The notes beneath the pieces were generated by a model. It was not told where the DNA came from. It saw only the letters and a program-made list of their open reading frames with translations, and made no database searches. Positions 1 to 12,810 of a stretch of DNA of 64,000 nt are shown here, in pieces. The position numbers and the translations under genes were made by a program. This DNA is from Octopus vulgaris (Eukaryota): positions 34,038,001 through 34,102,000 of the forward strand of contig OX597820.1 in NCBI GenBank assembly GCA_951406725.2, in the 5' to 3' direction. Each line of letters starts with the position of its first letter. The stretch's first letter is position 1.

Positions 1-279
1 ATTGATTCCTTTCAGTTTCTGTCTACAAAATCCACTCGCAAGGCTTTGGTTGGTCTGAGGTTATAGCAGAAGATACATGCCAAGTCACCACACAGTGGTA
101 CTGAACCCAGGACCATATGTTTTGGAACCGGTTCTTACCACACAGCTGCACTTGCACCTATGGGTATGTGTGTGTGTGTATGGATGTATGCATGTATATA
201 TATGTGTGTGTGTGTGTATATATATATATATGCGTACATATTACATGTACATCTATATATATACACCTACACATATACA

Positions 280-316
<37 letters not shown>

Positions 317-339
317 TTTTGCAGATATATACATCATAG

Positions 340-606
340 TTTCACTTTCAGTATTAAAGTGAAAATAACTGACATTACAATAAAGAGATATTATTTGACT
401 TTTGACACATAATGCTGAAATAGTGGAGGAGATATGATATTGCTCTGGGCTTGCACTAGGCAAGAAGTTAAAATTTTTTTTGGCCTATGACACTACATGG
501 ACCCTAAGTAAGGCATATGTAAAATTTGAATGAAATTGCTTGTGTAGTTCTTAAGTTTTAGGGATTCACACAGACAGACACACATTCTCATCTTTATATA
601 TATAGA
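340..606 (-). mobile_element. 5' part of a non-autonomous Helitron-like element
   Basis: Minus strand begins A|TCTATATATATAAAGATGAGAATGTGTGTCTGTCTGTG, the same 5' architecture as the complete element at 53608; 3' end not seen. Confidence 0.55.
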
Positions 607-640
607 TATACACACACACATACATGTATATTTGACATAT

Positions 641-1503
641 ATTTCATCTGCTCAAACAGGAACATATAAACACTTTCTATTGGCTGTTATTTTAATATCA
701 ACTGATGAAATGGGATTTATGTAATGTTATCTAATATATTATGAAATGGACTTCATATTCGGTAATAAACCACGCTATTGAAACAAGTATATTGTGATGC
801 TTTGAACTGTCCATTCATTTTTGTTTACACACATGTGATGGCAGTATGTGTGTGTCTTCTTTATTTTCAAGACAACAGAAGTTTGAGTAAGATTCAGTTG
901 TTAGCTGAGCAGGTTGAGCGATAAGTGTGTAACAGCTTCTTTGCTGGTTGATGACAGGGCTGATGATGATGATGGTGGTGGTAGTGGTTGTAGTGATGGT
1001 AGTATTATGGCAGTTATGAGTGACAGTAAAAGGCAATATTGCCAAGAATTATGATGATAACGACATATATACTTGTAATGGCATATTTGATAAGTGATGA
1101 CAAATAAGGCTGTGATGATAATGTTTATATTTTTCTTGATGGCAGCAATAATGATGATGGTGGTGGTAGAGGCAATGATGAAGTGGTAGTGGTTGGGAAG
1201 GACAATGGAAATGACGATAAGGAGGAAAATTAAGTTGATGAAAATGATCACTTTGACGACAATGAAGATAAGTTGATGAAGACGATAACAACAATAATGA
1301 TTATGATTGACAGGATGATGATGATGATTATGATGATGATTAAGATGATGATTAAGTAAAATGACAACAGCGTCTTTGTTTATTATATTTGGCTTCAGTT
1401 ACATTTAGAATTTTTAACAACAAACTGATTGTTTTCTCAAATTTCATCTGCTCAAACAGGAACATATAAACACTTTCTATTGGCTGTTATTTTAATATCA
1501 ACT
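641..1503. repeat. 63-bp exact direct repeat (641-703 and 1441-1503)
   Basis: ATTTCATCTGCTCAAACAGG..TTTAATATCAACT is identical in both copies, period 800 bp. Confidence 0.9.
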
Positions 1504-1569
1504 CAAGATATATATGCACACGCACACACACACATACACGCACACATACATTTCTTTTCCAGTTCCAGG

Positions 1570-1690
1570 CTGAGTACTCCGGCTATGCTGGGGCACTGCC
1601 ATTTGCGTTGATACACTTTCACTAAACCTCCTCTGATATATGACATTTGGTGGATGAGGGAGTTCGACGTTGCTGCCCTCATCTGTGTTT
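1570..1690 (-). mobile_element. Short CR1-type LINE 3' end remnant
   Basis: Similar to 21377-21530 (GACATTTGGTG.ATGAGGGAGTT.GA..TGCCCTCATCTG and the GGGGCAC.GCCAT tail). Confidence 0.6.
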
Positions 1691-1774
1691 CTTGCCTTGA
1701 GGTAAGTTAATCCGGAATGCTTGACAGATGGAGATCCATTTTTGTTTTGAAAACATCCACACACACACACACAC

Positions 1775-2415
1775 ATCATCATCATCATTGTTGTTGTTTA
1801 ATGTCTGCTTTTCATGCTGGCAAGCCAGAAGGCTGCACCAGGTTCCAATCTAATCTGGCAAGGTTTCTACAGCTGGATGCCATTCCTAACGCCAACCACT
1901 CAGAGTATAGTGGATGCTTTTTATGTGCCACTAGCATGGGAGCCAGTCAGGCAGCACTGGCATCGATCACATTCGAATGGTGCTTTTTACGTGCCACTGG
2001 CAAGGGGGCCAGTCAGGCAGCACTGGCATCATATACGCACACACACACACGCATAATTATATGTATACATATAGACACAAATATATGATTATAATTATTT
2101 TGACATTTCATTCTTTGATTCAAAGATTTGTTTTGACCATATTGGTTTCTTTTTCAACTTCTGTGCAGGTGGCACGTAAAAAACACCATTTGAGCATGGC
2201 CGTTGCCAGTACCACCTGACTGGCCCTCGTGCCGGTAGCACGTAAAAGCACACACTACACTCTCGGAGTGGTTGGCGTTAGGAAGGGCATCCAACTGTAG
2301 AAACTCTGCCAGATCAGATTGGAGCCTGGTGCAGCCATCTAGTTCGCCAGTCCTCAGTGAAATCATCTCATCCATGCTAGCATGGAAAGCGGATGTTAAA
2401 CGATGATGATGATGA
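1775..2415. mobile_element. Two inverted copies of 'family C' (TGA)n-tailed retroposon (1775-2030 minus, 2160-2415 plus)
   Basis: Core GGTTGGCGTTAGGAAGGGCATCCAGCTGTAGAAA..CATGCTAGCATGGAAAGCGGACGTTAAACGATGATG recurs across the window (19441, 40480, 46615, 50375, 52955, 54053). Confidence 0.85.
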
Positions 2416-2996
2416 TAGACTCCAGCAATGACATCAGATGACAATGACGTGATGACAATAATGGCGTGAATGCAGATGCTAATTTATGTGGCTGTTGATG
2501 ATGACAATGACAACTATGTTAATGGCATTGGGTGGCCAGCAGCGTTGGGTGGTAGCAATATGATTGTGTGCAGAGTGATTGGTGTTAGGAAGGGCATCCA
2601 GTCGTAAAACCATGCCAAAACAGACACAGAAGCATGGTGCAGGCTTTTGCCTGGCCAGCTCCAGTCAAATCATTCAACTCATGCCTACATGGAAGGAGGA
2701 CGTTAAACGATGATGATGATGATACTGGTAACAGAATTGGTAAAGAATATAGTACTTAGCCCTTTAAACCAGCCATATCCAACCAAAATAATCTATGTTT
2801 TATCTTCAAATCTCTTAGATCTGGCCTCTTATGCTTACCCTACAACATTATTCTAAAACTAAACAATCACATCATTGAAATCTCAAAGCCACAAAGTAAT
2901 GCATGACTAATTCAAATCAATGTGAATAAATAAACTTTACATTTGACAGAGAAATCTGAATACTAAAGGATTAAAACAAAATAATAAAGAAGAAAA

Positions 2997-3171
2997 AGTG
3001 TGGCTGAGTAGTAAGAAACTTGCTTCCCAACCACATGGTTCTGGGTTCAGTCCCACTGTGTGGCACCTTGGGCACTCTTCTACTATAGCCTCGGGCAGAC
3101 CAAAGCCTTATGAGCGGATTTGGTAGACGGAAACTGAAAAGAAGTCCATTGTGTGTGTGTATGTGCCTGAG

Positions 3172-3202
<31 letters not shown>

Positions 3203-3400
3203 GTCTGTTTGTCCTCATCCACCATTGCTCGACAACTGATCTTGGTGTGTTTATGTCCCTGTAACTTAGTGGTTCGGCATAAGTGACTAATAAAATAAGC
3301 ACTAGGTTTACAAAGAATAAGTCCTGGGGTCAATTTCTTTGACTAAAAGCTGATGCTCCAGTATGGCCGCAGTTAAATGACTGAAACAAGCAAAAGAGTG
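2997..3400 (+). mobile_element. tRNA-derived SINE 'family A' copy ending about 25 bp from the exon donor
   Basis: A-box/B-box-like head (TGGCTGAGTAGTAAG..GGTTCAGTCCC), internal (TG)n, tail GCTCCAGTATGGCCGCAGTTAAATGACTGAAACAAG. Confidence 0.85.
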
Positions 3401-3426
3401 AAAGAATAACCACATAAAGATCTTAC

Positions 3427-4080
3427 CTGAGAGACGAAAGAAATGTCTGAGAATTTCCGCTCAAGCATCACTCTCTTTTGGTCCAAATTGATGAGAGAAA
3501 TCTCCTCTTTGCCTAGACGGAACAACATTGTCCGGTTTACAATATCTGTGACAAGGTTCTGCGGTAAACTGTCCTCTTGGTTACCTTCTTTTTCTACAAA
3601 CGAGGAATAAGCGTAACTCTTGTGCGAGTTACTTTTCATCTCATTTGACGATTCTTCGATGTTCTCGAAAGAGCTACATGGTGAGTCGATGGCAGCACGG
3701 AAGTCGCTGCTGCTTCCATTCAACTTCACACCATGAAGCTGCTGCTGTTGTTGCTCCAGTTCGTTTTCAGTGACTGTCACAGTATTGTCAAGTGACGCAG
3801 GAAGACTTCGTACACTGGCATCGCTGGCATGTCTCTGCCGGCTGTCGACGTTGACGGTGCCGTCTTCATCTACAGGGCACAGCCTGTGCATAAGTCTGTC
3901 TATATCACTCGAGGTCAGCTTGCAGCTGTCCACTTGCACCTTGCCAAGATACAAGACCTCACAGAATGCCTTTGCCGGTTCTGCGGAATCACTGACATCA
4001 TGGAAAAATAGATTGCTGTCAGTGACATCATCCCGGTGCTCCTTTGTGGCTTTGCGTATTGAAGCAAAGAGTTCAGGAAT
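3427..4080 (-). CDS. TBC1D1: Internal coding exon (654 bp, 218 aa, phase 0/0) of a TBC1D1/TBC1D4 (AS160)-family Rab-GAP; encodes most of the split second PTB domain
   Basis: Acceptor TCTCTCTTTCAG|ATT at 4080 and donor CAG|GTAAGA at 3427/3426. Translation IPELFASIRKA..FCEVLYLGKVQV..DIDRLM..NRTMLFRLGKEEISLINLDQKRVMLERKFSDISFVSQ parallels human TBC1D1 [59 protein letters not shown] (recalled from memory). TBC1D1 versus TBC1D4 cannot be resolved; it is probably a co-ortholog. Confidence 0.93.
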
Positions 4081-4133
4081 CTGAAAGAGAGAGAAATAAT
4101 AATAATAATAATAATGATAATAATAATGATGAT

Positions 4134-4167
<34 letters not shown>

Positions 4168-4185
4168 GTAATAATAACAAGAAAA

Positions 4186-4395
4186 AATAATCCTTTCCAC
4201 TATAGGCACAAAGCCTGAAATTTTTTAGGGGTGAAGGCTAGTTGATTACATTTGACCCTAATGCTCAACTGGTACTTATTTCATCAAACCCAAAAGGGTG
4301 GTAAAACCGACCTCGGCGAATACTTGGGTCAGTGTAATTGACTTGCCCCCTCCTCCAAAATTTCAGGCTTTGTGCCTAGAGTAGAAAAGATTATT
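4186..4395. repeat. Inverted pair of SINE 'family B2' 3' halves forming a hairpin
   Basis: AATAATCCTTTCCACTATAGGCACAAAGCCTGAAATTTT.. versus ..AAAATTTCAGGCTTTGTGCCTAGAGTAGAAAAGATTATT. Confidence 0.8.
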
Positions 4396-5403
4396 ATTGT
4401 TATTTTCTATTATAGGCACAAGGCCTGAAATTTTAGATGCTGGGATAAGTCAATTATATCAACCCAAGTATAACAGACATTTGCCTAAGGTATCATACAG
4501 TGGAATTAAAACCCCAAACCGTGTGTATGTGTGTGTGTGTGTGTGTATGAATGTATGTGTATGTCTGTGCACTTGTTTACATTTTGCTTATCTGAAAATG
4601 ACAACTACAGGTAATGACATTGCTGTCATTTCCTTGGCTTTACCTCTTCATAAACTTGTGAAATGAATTATCCTTTACTTGAAAAATAGTTAAGGGTAAG
4701 TATCGGGAAGAACATCCAGCTGTCAAACTAAAACACTGCCTCAATGATACATATTTCTCTAACCCATGCTAGTATGCAAAAAACAAAAAAAAAAAAAACA
4801 AAAACAAAAAAAAACATGTAAACACGAAGAATAAATAAATAAGAAATGATAGGACTTGATATAAAGGCGATTAAGTTGCTGTTTATAATACATCAAGTCA
4901 AGTAACTATGGAGATGCTCCATCACTGATTCCTCATCAACTCTGTGCATTTGTGGCTTAATTCCTTATCTTTACAGAAATGGTTGTGTATCATTCCAGTT
5001 AAACCCATTTACAAATGGAATGACAAATTCTTTAGCTGTCGTCTTGCTTTTAATACAAAAAAACTAAGTCTGCATAATTCCTAAGCTTTTCATCTCAAGT
5101 CTGCTTGACATTAAAGCCATCTGGTAGTGCTATGTCAATTAATAGTGAGCTGCTATTGGTTTTGTCATGAAAAACACTGTCTGGCTTCTTATGTCTTATT
5201 TTGATTGTGTGCTGTCATGATGCAACTGTGAACAGTCATGTGCTATGGTCACAGATACAGCTATGTGTTAAAGAGTTTGCTTTGCAATTATAAGGTTCTG
5301 CATTCAGTCCCATTGCATGGCACCTTAGACAAGTGTCTTCTATGATAGCTCCAAGCCAATCAAAGCCTTCTGAGTGGATTTGGTAGATAGAAACTGCAAC
5401 ACC

Positions 5404-5812
5404 CGGCGAGCTGGCAGAAACGTTAGCACGCCAGGCGAAATGCTTCACGGTATTTTGTCTGCTGCTACGTTCTGAGTTCAAATTCCGCCGAGGTCGACTT
5501 TGCCTTTCATCCTTTCGGGGTCGATTAAATAAGTACCAGTTACGCACTGAGGTCGATATAATTGATTTAATCCATTTGTCAGTCCTTGATTGTCCTCTCA
5601 GTGTTTAGCCCCTTGAGGGTAATAAAGAAATAGGTATTTCGTCTGCCGCTACGTTCTGAGTTCAAATTCCACCGAGGTTGACTTTCATCCTTTCAGGGTT
5701 GATTAAATAAGTACCAGTTACGCACTGGAGTCGATATAATTGACTTAATCCGTTTGTCTGTCCTTGTTTGTCCCCTCTGTGTGTATACTCTTGTGGGCAG
5801 TAAAGAAATAAG
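5404..5812 (+). mobile_element. SINE 'family B' dimer inserted in a family A copy
   Basis: GGCGAGCTGGCAGAAACGTTAGCACGCC..GTTCAAATTCCGCCGAGGTCGACTTTGCCTTTCATCCTTTCGGGGTCGAT..AATAAAGAAATA, followed by a second 5'-truncated copy. Confidence 0.85.
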
Positions 5813-6454
5813 AAATTGAAACAACCAGTTGTATATAATGTGTGTGTGTGTGATTTTGTGACTCCTTATCTTGACATGGAAACAAATGGAAACAAAATGT
5901 CATCATCACAGTATGTGGCAGAAAACACTGCCATATTTTATACAGCCATTGTCATGTTATCAGTGAAGTAACAGTTGTTTTATGTAACATTTTTTCCCAT
6001 GGATTGGAACCAGTCAGTATGCATTGTACATCTGCTGCCGAAACATTTATCAAGAATTATGAATTTGGCATGCTTTTCTTTTTGGAGGTGGGAGTGCCAC
6101 TCACTTTACAAACAGTGACGTATACTTGCAAACTCACAAGAAAAATATGTCCAGATTAGATAGAATTACATTGCTTGGTTAACAGGTGTGGGTTGGTGAC
6201 ATGATGAACATCTGGTAGTAGAAATCTACTTCAAGAAACTGTCTGACCCATGCAGGCATGGGAAAATAGACATTAAAACAATGACATTGATGATGGATTT
6301 TTGCACTGTTTCCTCCCATCTGCCAATTTCACCAACAAGTTATAGTGAATAAAATCAGGTAATAGAAATTGGGCAAAAACCCACAATAAAAAATTTCTAG
6401 CTACTGATGTCCAACTTCTTAAATATATATCTTAGACTACTAATGTTTTCATAT

Positions 6455-6620
6455 GCCCCCCTGTTTTAAGATAGTAGTGTGTGATTCAAAGGAGATTTGG
6501 TAGTTATTTCTAGCAAAGTGACCACTAATATTTTCGTATACCCCGCTGTTTTTAAGATAGTAGTATGTGATTTAAAGGAGGTTTGGTAGTTATTTCCAGC
6601 AAAATAAAGTGACCACACAG
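6455..6620. repeat. About 85-bp imperfect tandem duplication
   Basis: CTGTTTT(T)AAGATAGTAGT.TGTGATT.AAAGGAG.TTTGGTAGTTATTTC.AGCAAA..GTGACCAC occurs twice. Confidence 0.75.
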
Positions 6621-7254
6621 AAGCTCCTTTATTGGCTCGACTGTTGTGTATTACTGCTATGAGCAGACAGCTCTCCTTCAGAATTTCTCCAGACATTGCA
6701 ACTTTTAAAACCAGATTGACCTTAAACAGTATGTTTCACCTCCATAACACATAACAAAACTAATATCAGTAAATATCCATTATGTTGAAAGAGAGCTGAA
6801 GGAGATATTTTGGTATCACAAAAGAAATTTTCAGTAAGGCAATTACCAATATTGCAGATAACCATTCAAAGTCATACACACCAAAAAGAAAGAAAAAGCG
6901 TCATGTAGAGGAATTTGATCAGATAACAAGCAATAAATCTATTAACAGAGCAGCAATGAAACCAGAAAAAATCTGGTGACTATAATCACAAAGAATTACA
7001 AAGATATGGTGTTGAAGATATGGTCTTTCTTACTGCAGGACAAAACTTACATGAGATAGTGGGTTGTTCTAATTATTAATAATAATAATAATGATAAGAA
7101 CAAAAAAAAAAAACAAAAACTCTTGCATAGTTGAAAAGAATCCAACTTGAGTAGAAAAGCAGAAGATTTACTACACAGTAGCAGAGTTATTATGGAGCAA
7201 CTAGAGATAAAATACACAAACACACACACACACACATATATATATATGAGAGAG

Positions 7255-7285
<31 letters not shown>

Positions 7286-8414
7286 GTGACATCTACAGGC
7301 CTTCTAATGTGAGAGATGACTACTCTGTGACCAGTTTCATTAAACATAAATATCTATATCTTTTCAGGTTTGTTTTCCAATATTAGCTCCCCCAAGATAT
7401 ACATGGAAGCAAGGTAAAAAAACAAAACAAAAACAAATACTTTATATATATATATATACTACACACACACACACACACACACACAAAATAATACACACAT
7501 AAATTTTTCAATGAGAATATACTGCCATAACTGAAAAATTTTCCCATAAGAGAAAATTGAATTAGAAATGCAATTTCTAAAAAATAAAACTAACTAACTA
7601 AATAAATAAATGAATAAAATATTATTAAAAATGGCAATGGAACATTTAGAAATAAAACTGTTTTGCCTTGTAAACAAAGAAATGAAATACTTTTGAAAGA
7701 GAAAAATATAAGCAAAAACAGAAATACAAATTTATAATAATAGAGACAGATATCCACAAATACACACCATGTGACATAACACATGTAACAATACAAACGT
7801 ACACACACACACACACACACACACACTTGCCATAAGATTCACATCAATAATAATGGTTTCAAGTTTTGGCCAAAGACCAATAATTTTAGTGGGGGAACAT
7901 TAGTTGATTAGATCGACCCCAGTACTTGACTGGTACTTTATTTTATTGCCCCTGGAAGGATAAAAGGCAAAGTTGAGCTTGGTGGGATTTGAACTCAGAA
8001 TGTAAAGAATGAAGAGAAATACTGCTACGCATTTTGTCTGACGTTGCTAATGATTCTGCCAGCTCAGTACTTTAATGGTCATCATCATAATTGTTTCAAA
8101 TTTCCACTTAAGGCCAGTAGTTTTAGAAGGGTGGGTTTGGTTGGTTACATTAGCCCCAGTACTTAACTGGTACTTCATGTTATTGACCTTGAAAAGATGA
8201 AAGTTGACCCAGATGGGATTTTAACTCAATGTAAGCAGATGGAAAAAATGCCATTAAGCATTTTCCACAACTTGCTGACAATGCCAGGACCTCGCCTAAA
8301 CAATGATGATGATGATAATAATAATAATAATAATGATAATAATCCTTTCTACTAAAGGCACAAGACTTGAAATTATATATACACACACACACACCCAGAC
8401 ATGCACACAGACAT

Positions 8415-8460
<46 letters not shown>

Positions 8461-8700
8461 GTAAGGACATAGATGCAATACAAGATGGGAAAAATAGTAC
8501 TTGAATACTAAAGGTAGAGTGACATACTATTTATTAAGGCTGAAAAAACCCATCACAAACTGTTAGAGTTTCACATTACCATTGCAATTATCGCAACTGT
8601 GTGATGAATGGTCATATGAAACACTAGAGTAACAGTTTGTGAAGATTTTTTGGGATTTTAATAAATAGTATACATATATACATACATATTTATATACAAG

Positions 8701-8749
<49 letters not shown>

Positions 8750-10631
8750 CATACATGTATTGGAAGGGGATAGGGTTTTATAAAATCCGAGCTAAGAGAA
8801 TATATAAGGAAAATGAGAATTTAGTTAATCCAAAGAGATGTTCCATACAAAATGTATGTACAGGTAAATATATACACACATGTGCAAACATATAAAATGC
8901 ATATATTTATGCACATAGATACACATACACTCAGCTATGCATACACACACACACACACACACACATATAAATTGTATTTTGGAATCCCAGAACAAATTCC
9001 TTGTCAAGTGTTATTAGAAAGCTTACTGTGAAAATAGAGCCTGCATACCATATGTAATTTTGTTGGTTTTCGTTTTTTTAACATAATTTAAATCTATTAT
9101 CGTTACAGGTGTAATAATGTCTGGTCTTTAGACACTGATCTTAAGAGTATTGTTTTCCACTCTTGGAGATGGTTTTCTTCAATTCTGGTTTAGTAATACA
9201 ATCCATGATTTTGTGGATGCTACTCTTATCTTGCATTGTTTCCTGTTTGCAGACAAATGATCCAGAAAAGAATGTATCCTGTTGCAAACTATGTCAGTAT
9301 CCAGGCTGCAGATAGGTGAAAATTTTGACACCAAATATTTAATGATGAAGTGCAGGTAACAGCTCCCGTGTGTTTTTTGATGGCTAATATGTATCTTCCA
9401 TGCTGTAATCGCTTTAGTTTCAACGCATGGTCTTAGATCAAATCACTTGCTATATAAATACAATTTTGAAATGTATGTATATACAAACATGTGTATTTGT
9501 CTTCTTGTCTAGGCATCACGTTACAACCTCAACTTTTCCATCAAGCTCACAATGGTCATTTGGAATTTGCACATATATATATAGTGTGTGTGTGTGAATT
9601 TTCTTTGTAAAGAGTTTGAAGAACTTTGGCTAAAATTCTAAGCCTTTTTGGAATGCAATAAAATTCAAATATATAGATTGAATTCTTACAGGATGCACAA
9701 CAACAAACCACATTTGAGTATCTATATGACATAACAAATCCGTAACCAGTTTGCCTTAAGTAGGGATGGAGAACTGTGCAAACAGATGAATATCTAAAGT
9801 GAGAAATATTGAGAGGGAGAGAAAGGAGCAATATTTTTATAAACTCAAAATTACCATATAAAACAATACAATAATTACAGCTCGGAACATGCAGAAGCAC
9901 ACAGACGTGATGATAAGAGGGAAATCACCTTGACATGTCTATCAAGGTGAACCACTTATAAAGCCAGCTTATGAAATGCTGTGACATGTACAGCCGGCAT
10001 ATCAGTGAAAAGAAATAGACCGACCAGAAACACATCCGGCCCGAATGGTTTTAGAGCAATGACAGGTATGTTTAATTTTTTTATCTTTTACTTGTTTTAA
10101 TCATTGGACTGTGCCCATGCTGGGGCACTGCCTTGAAGTGCTTTAGTCAAACAAATCAACCCTGATACTTATTCTTTTAAGCCTGGTACTTATTCTATCA
10201 GCCTCTTTTTGCCAAACCACTAAGTTAGGTAGATGTGAAAAAAAAAAACTCGTCAAGTAGTGGAAATGGACAAAGAAAAAGGCACACACATTTATGATAA
10301 GTTTCTTTCAGTTTCCATTAACCAAATCCACTCACAAGCATTTGGTCGACTCAGGGCTATAATAGAAAACACTTTCCCAAGGTGCCATGCAGTGAGATTG
10401 AACCCAGAACCATAACATCTTACCACAGCCGCCCCTGCACCTATAAATAAAATTCCTTAATTAATCCATGTTTGTTTTGTTTTGTTTTTTCTTACTTGCA
10501 GTGTCTGGAGGAAGAGACAGTGCTTAAGGCTTTCATGGGCCCTCTGATGCTGATGACACTGATGCTGCTAATGTTTCTCTTGAACCATTATAAGTCAACA
10601 CTTATGGAAAAGATACATGAATTTGGTTTAC

Positions 10632-10822
10632 ATGCCTATCCTCACCTGTGCCCATAAATGTCAGGTAACAACTGAAACAGTGTGACTGCAAATACAAGCA
10701 GCCAAGATGGGATTTTTCCAAAAGATCTCTGGAGTAACATTACACAAGGTGCATACCTTGGAGATTAGAGAGTCTCCCCAGGTCGAGCCACTACTTTGCA
10801 CTGAGATGTCACAGCTCCACAT
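10632..10822 (+). mobile_element. RTE-clade (Expander/Rex3-like) LINE reverse-transcriptase C-terminal fragment, decayed
   Basis: Translation MPILTCAHKCQVTTETV*LQIQAAKMGFFQKISGVTLHKVHTLEIRESPQVEPLL resembles the RTE motif PILTYG.E.W..IQAAEM.FLR.I.GVT..IRE.L.VEPLL. Confidence 0.75.
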
Positions 10823-11617
10823 TTTTTGATACACATAAGTATACAGCATCATCAATATTTAACATCTGTTTTCCATGCTGGCATGGGTTGGACAGCTTGA
10901 TAGGAACTGACCAGGGACTGCACCAGGTCCCAAAGTCCATTTTGGCTTAGTTTCTATGGCTGGATTCCCTTCCAAATGGCAACCACTTCACAGAATGTAC
11001 TGGGTGCTTTTTACACAGCACCATCACCAGTACTTATTATGTGGCACCAGTGCTTTTTACATGGCACCTTAGTTTTAGGATCTCACATATATTTAAAAAC
11101 TCGTCTATGGACATGTGATTAGAATGTTGCAGGAAAGAATTGGAAGATGGTTTCTTCAAGATGAGGTAACGGGAAGGAGACTTAAGGGTAGACCAAGAAC
11201 AAGACAGTTGGATAATATCTATAGTTTTAGTCAATCACATCTGGGAATCTAGCTGGAAAATGTAATACAACATATCAAATTCAGGTTATTTCTAAACATA
11301 ACACTGATTACAACTTGATTTTATTTTTGTTTTCAAGTCTGTATTATTAGACATGAAAACAAAACTCAACCTGATTACAGCTTGATAGTGCAAGAACAGA
11401 ATTATCACGAAGAAAATTGACTATGTTGGTGGATGGATGGCAATTATCTGGGATACCCCAAATATATGCCCCTAATAGATAGCTAGATACAAAAATACAT
11501 ACATACATACATATATTAATGTTTGTTTTTATGTGCAGTTGTATAAAAACAGTTTATGATTAAACTGAAGGATTACTCAATTTTATTAGTAGAGTATGTA
11601 TTTATAAATGTTCACAG

Positions 11618-11718
11618 GGAAAATGTTGACAGTGACTTCGAAGTTTTGGATTGCTTGCTGTTATCAATTTGATGATGCTGAACAATCTAAAACTTCAAAG
11701 CCACTATCAACCGTTTCC
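11618..11718. repeat. About 38-bp-arm hairpin, core of a MITE-like family (relatives at about 28090-28192 and 42335-42418)
   Basis: GGAAAATGTTGACAGTGACTTCGAAGTTTTGGATTG versus the reverse complement of CAATCTAAAACTTCAAAGCCACTATCAACCGTTTCC. Confidence 0.8.
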
Positions 11719-12151
11719 TAGTGGCCAGGGTGCTGCATTCACGATTGTGAGGTCATGCTTTCAATTCCTGGACTGGGTTGTACATTGTGTTCTTAAGCAA
11801 GACACTTCATCTTATGTTGCACTGTGATCACTTCGACACCTGATGTGAGGCACACTTGTGCACTTGTACAAACATCAATTTGACGGAGGGAGTGAACTAA
11901 TGTACAGCAGAAACATTTGATCTCTATAAACAAGTCATCTGTGCAGGTCATTCAGCAAAAACTGAACACTCGTATCATCTTTAACAGGATATCATCATTT
12001 AATGTCAGTTTTCCATGCTGGCATGGGTTGGATGGTTTGACAGGAGCTGACCAGCTGAAGGGGTGTTCAGGCTCCTTGTCTTTTAGCATGGCTTCTATAG
12101 CTAGATGCCATTCCTAACTCCAACCACTTTACAGAGTGTATGTATGTATAC

Positions 12152-12363
12152 TTTTTTACTTGTTTCAGTCATTTGACTGTGGCCATGCTGGAGCACTGCC
12201 TTTAGTTGAGCAAATTTACCCCAGGACTTATTCTTTGTTAGCCTAGTACTTACTCTATCGATCTCTTTTGATCAAACTGCTAAGTTAAGGGGACGTAAAA
12301 ACACCAGCATCAGTTGTCAAGTGATGTTGGGGGGACAAGTACAGACACAAACATACACACACA

Positions 12364-12400
<37 letters not shown>

Positions 12401-12563
12401 GATGAGCTTCTTTCAGTTTCCATCTACCAAATCCACTCACAAGGCTTTGGTCGGTCCGAGGCTATAGTAGAAGACACTTGCCCAAGGTGCCACGCAGTGG
12501 GACTGAACCCAGAACCATGTGGTTGGTAAGCAAGCTACTTAACACACAGCCACTCCTACGCCT
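12152..12563 (-). mobile_element. SINE family A, full length
   Basis: Reverse complement of 14233-14623. Other minus copies at about 1-158, 10085-10443, 28222-28626 and 29275-29695. Confidence 0.88.
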
Positions 12564-12762
12564 ATGTATGTATATATATATTGATCACTCTTCATCTTGC
12601 CAGCTGAGTAAGATATTCTTTATTTTGTGTATGCATGCACACACATACACACACTAAAGTGAGCATAACCTGGCACCATAATCCATGCTTTCACAAGTTA
12701 TTTTTGGTGTTTATGTAGTCACACCATTAACCCAGTGGAATACAGAGGATGGAACAACTGAG

Positions 12763-12810
<48 letters not shown>

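Noticed and set aside
3373-4209. Full 278-aa ORF as a single-exon gene
   Set aside because: The poly-C/Y N-terminus and the C-terminal tail are intronic; splice sites delimit 3427-4080.
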